NCBI GenBank assembly: GCA_964202905.1
Contig: CAXNJO010000001.1
Location: 672,001-736,000 of the forward strand
Reading direction: 5' to 3'
Source: Polyangiales bacterium
GTDB taxonomy: Bacteria > Myxococcota_A > Polyangia > Polyangiales > JADJQN01
Length of the DNA: 64,000 nt
Of the stretch, positions 63,545 to 64,000 are shown one piece after another. Each line of letters begins with the position of its first letter. Position 1 is the stretch's first letter. The notes under the pieces are model-generated. The model did not search any database. It was not told the origin of the DNA and was given only the letters and a program-made list of their open reading frames with translations. The position numbers were made by a program, and so were the translations under genes.

Positions 63545-64000
63545 TCAGTCTTCGGGCAACCGCGTCGCCTCGCGCGGCAGCGTCGCGAGGTCGAAGCGCG
63601 GGACGAGCGCGCGTGGGGAGAGTGATTCGCCGGGCGCGGCGAGGCCGAGCGTCTCTGCGAGGCGGCTGATGATCGCCGCGGGCGTGTGGCCCGCATCGCG
63701 GAGTGAGGCGAGCGAGGTCGAGCCGTGCCGCTTGCCGAGGCGCTGGCCGTCCGCGGCGAGCACGAGCGGGACGTGCAGCCATGCGGGTGGTGTGCCGCCG
63801 AGCGCTTCGGCGAGCGCGATCTGACGCGGCACCGAGGCGCGCAGATCGTCGCCGCGCACGACCTCGGTGATGCCCATCGCGAGGTCGTCGACGACGACGG
63901 CGAGCTGGTAGCTGAAGGTGCCGTCGCCGCGCGCGACGACGAAATCGCCGCCCCCGAGCGTGCCCGGCGCGCACGGCCCCGCGAGCGCGTCGTCGAAGCC
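63545..64000 (-). CDS. gluQ: Glutamyl-Q tRNA(Asp) synthetase, 3' part (gene starts beyond the window)
   Basis: GDFVVARGDGTFSYQLAVVVDD.AMGITEVVRGDDL, HVPLV and RLGKRHG (KMSKS-like). It lacks an anticodon-binding domain. Confidence 0.88.
   Translation of the reverse strand, partial: GFDDALAGPCAPGTLGGGDFVVARGDGTFSYQLAVVVDDLAMGITEVVRGDDLRASVPRQIALAEALGGTPPAWLHVPLVLAADGQRLGKRHGSTSLASLRDAGHTPAAIISRLAETLGLAAPGESLSPRALVPRFDLATLPREATRLPED

Overview
Very GC-rich bacterial DNA, most likely from a myxobacterium (Myxococcota, Polyangiales/Sandaracinus-like): it carries a MYXO-CTERM protein, many Cys-rich lipoproteins and a membrane Ser/Thr kinase. Housekeeping genes are an M16 peptidase pair, an SDR, pdhABC, pssA, a P450, an FAD oxidase, a moaD-moaE fusion, glpA/glpB and a partial gluQ. 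Between them lie several cell-surface loci. The main finding is a ~12.5 kb lipoprotein gene (29177-41649, ~4,150 aa after repairing about 14 extra bases) whose VWA domain is split by a giant insertion. By my hand count the insertion holds 45 short 'TGTAT' strands followed by 45 ~66-aa beta modules that each appear to lack their first strand, and both arrays share an 8-unit higher-order repeat. This points to a 45-deep nested ('Russian doll') out-and-back rod adhesin. Other notable items are an operon of one outer-membrane barrel plus two ~1,500-aa metzincin lipoproteins, an Lgt-like/barrel fusion, three GT-C-like glycosyltransferases, and intergenic 11/22/23-bp arrays sharing a TGAAA core. The many single-base insertions look like long-read assembly errors. 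No rRNA, tRNA, CRISPR array or IS element was recognised. All calls come from manual motif reading; no database searches were run.
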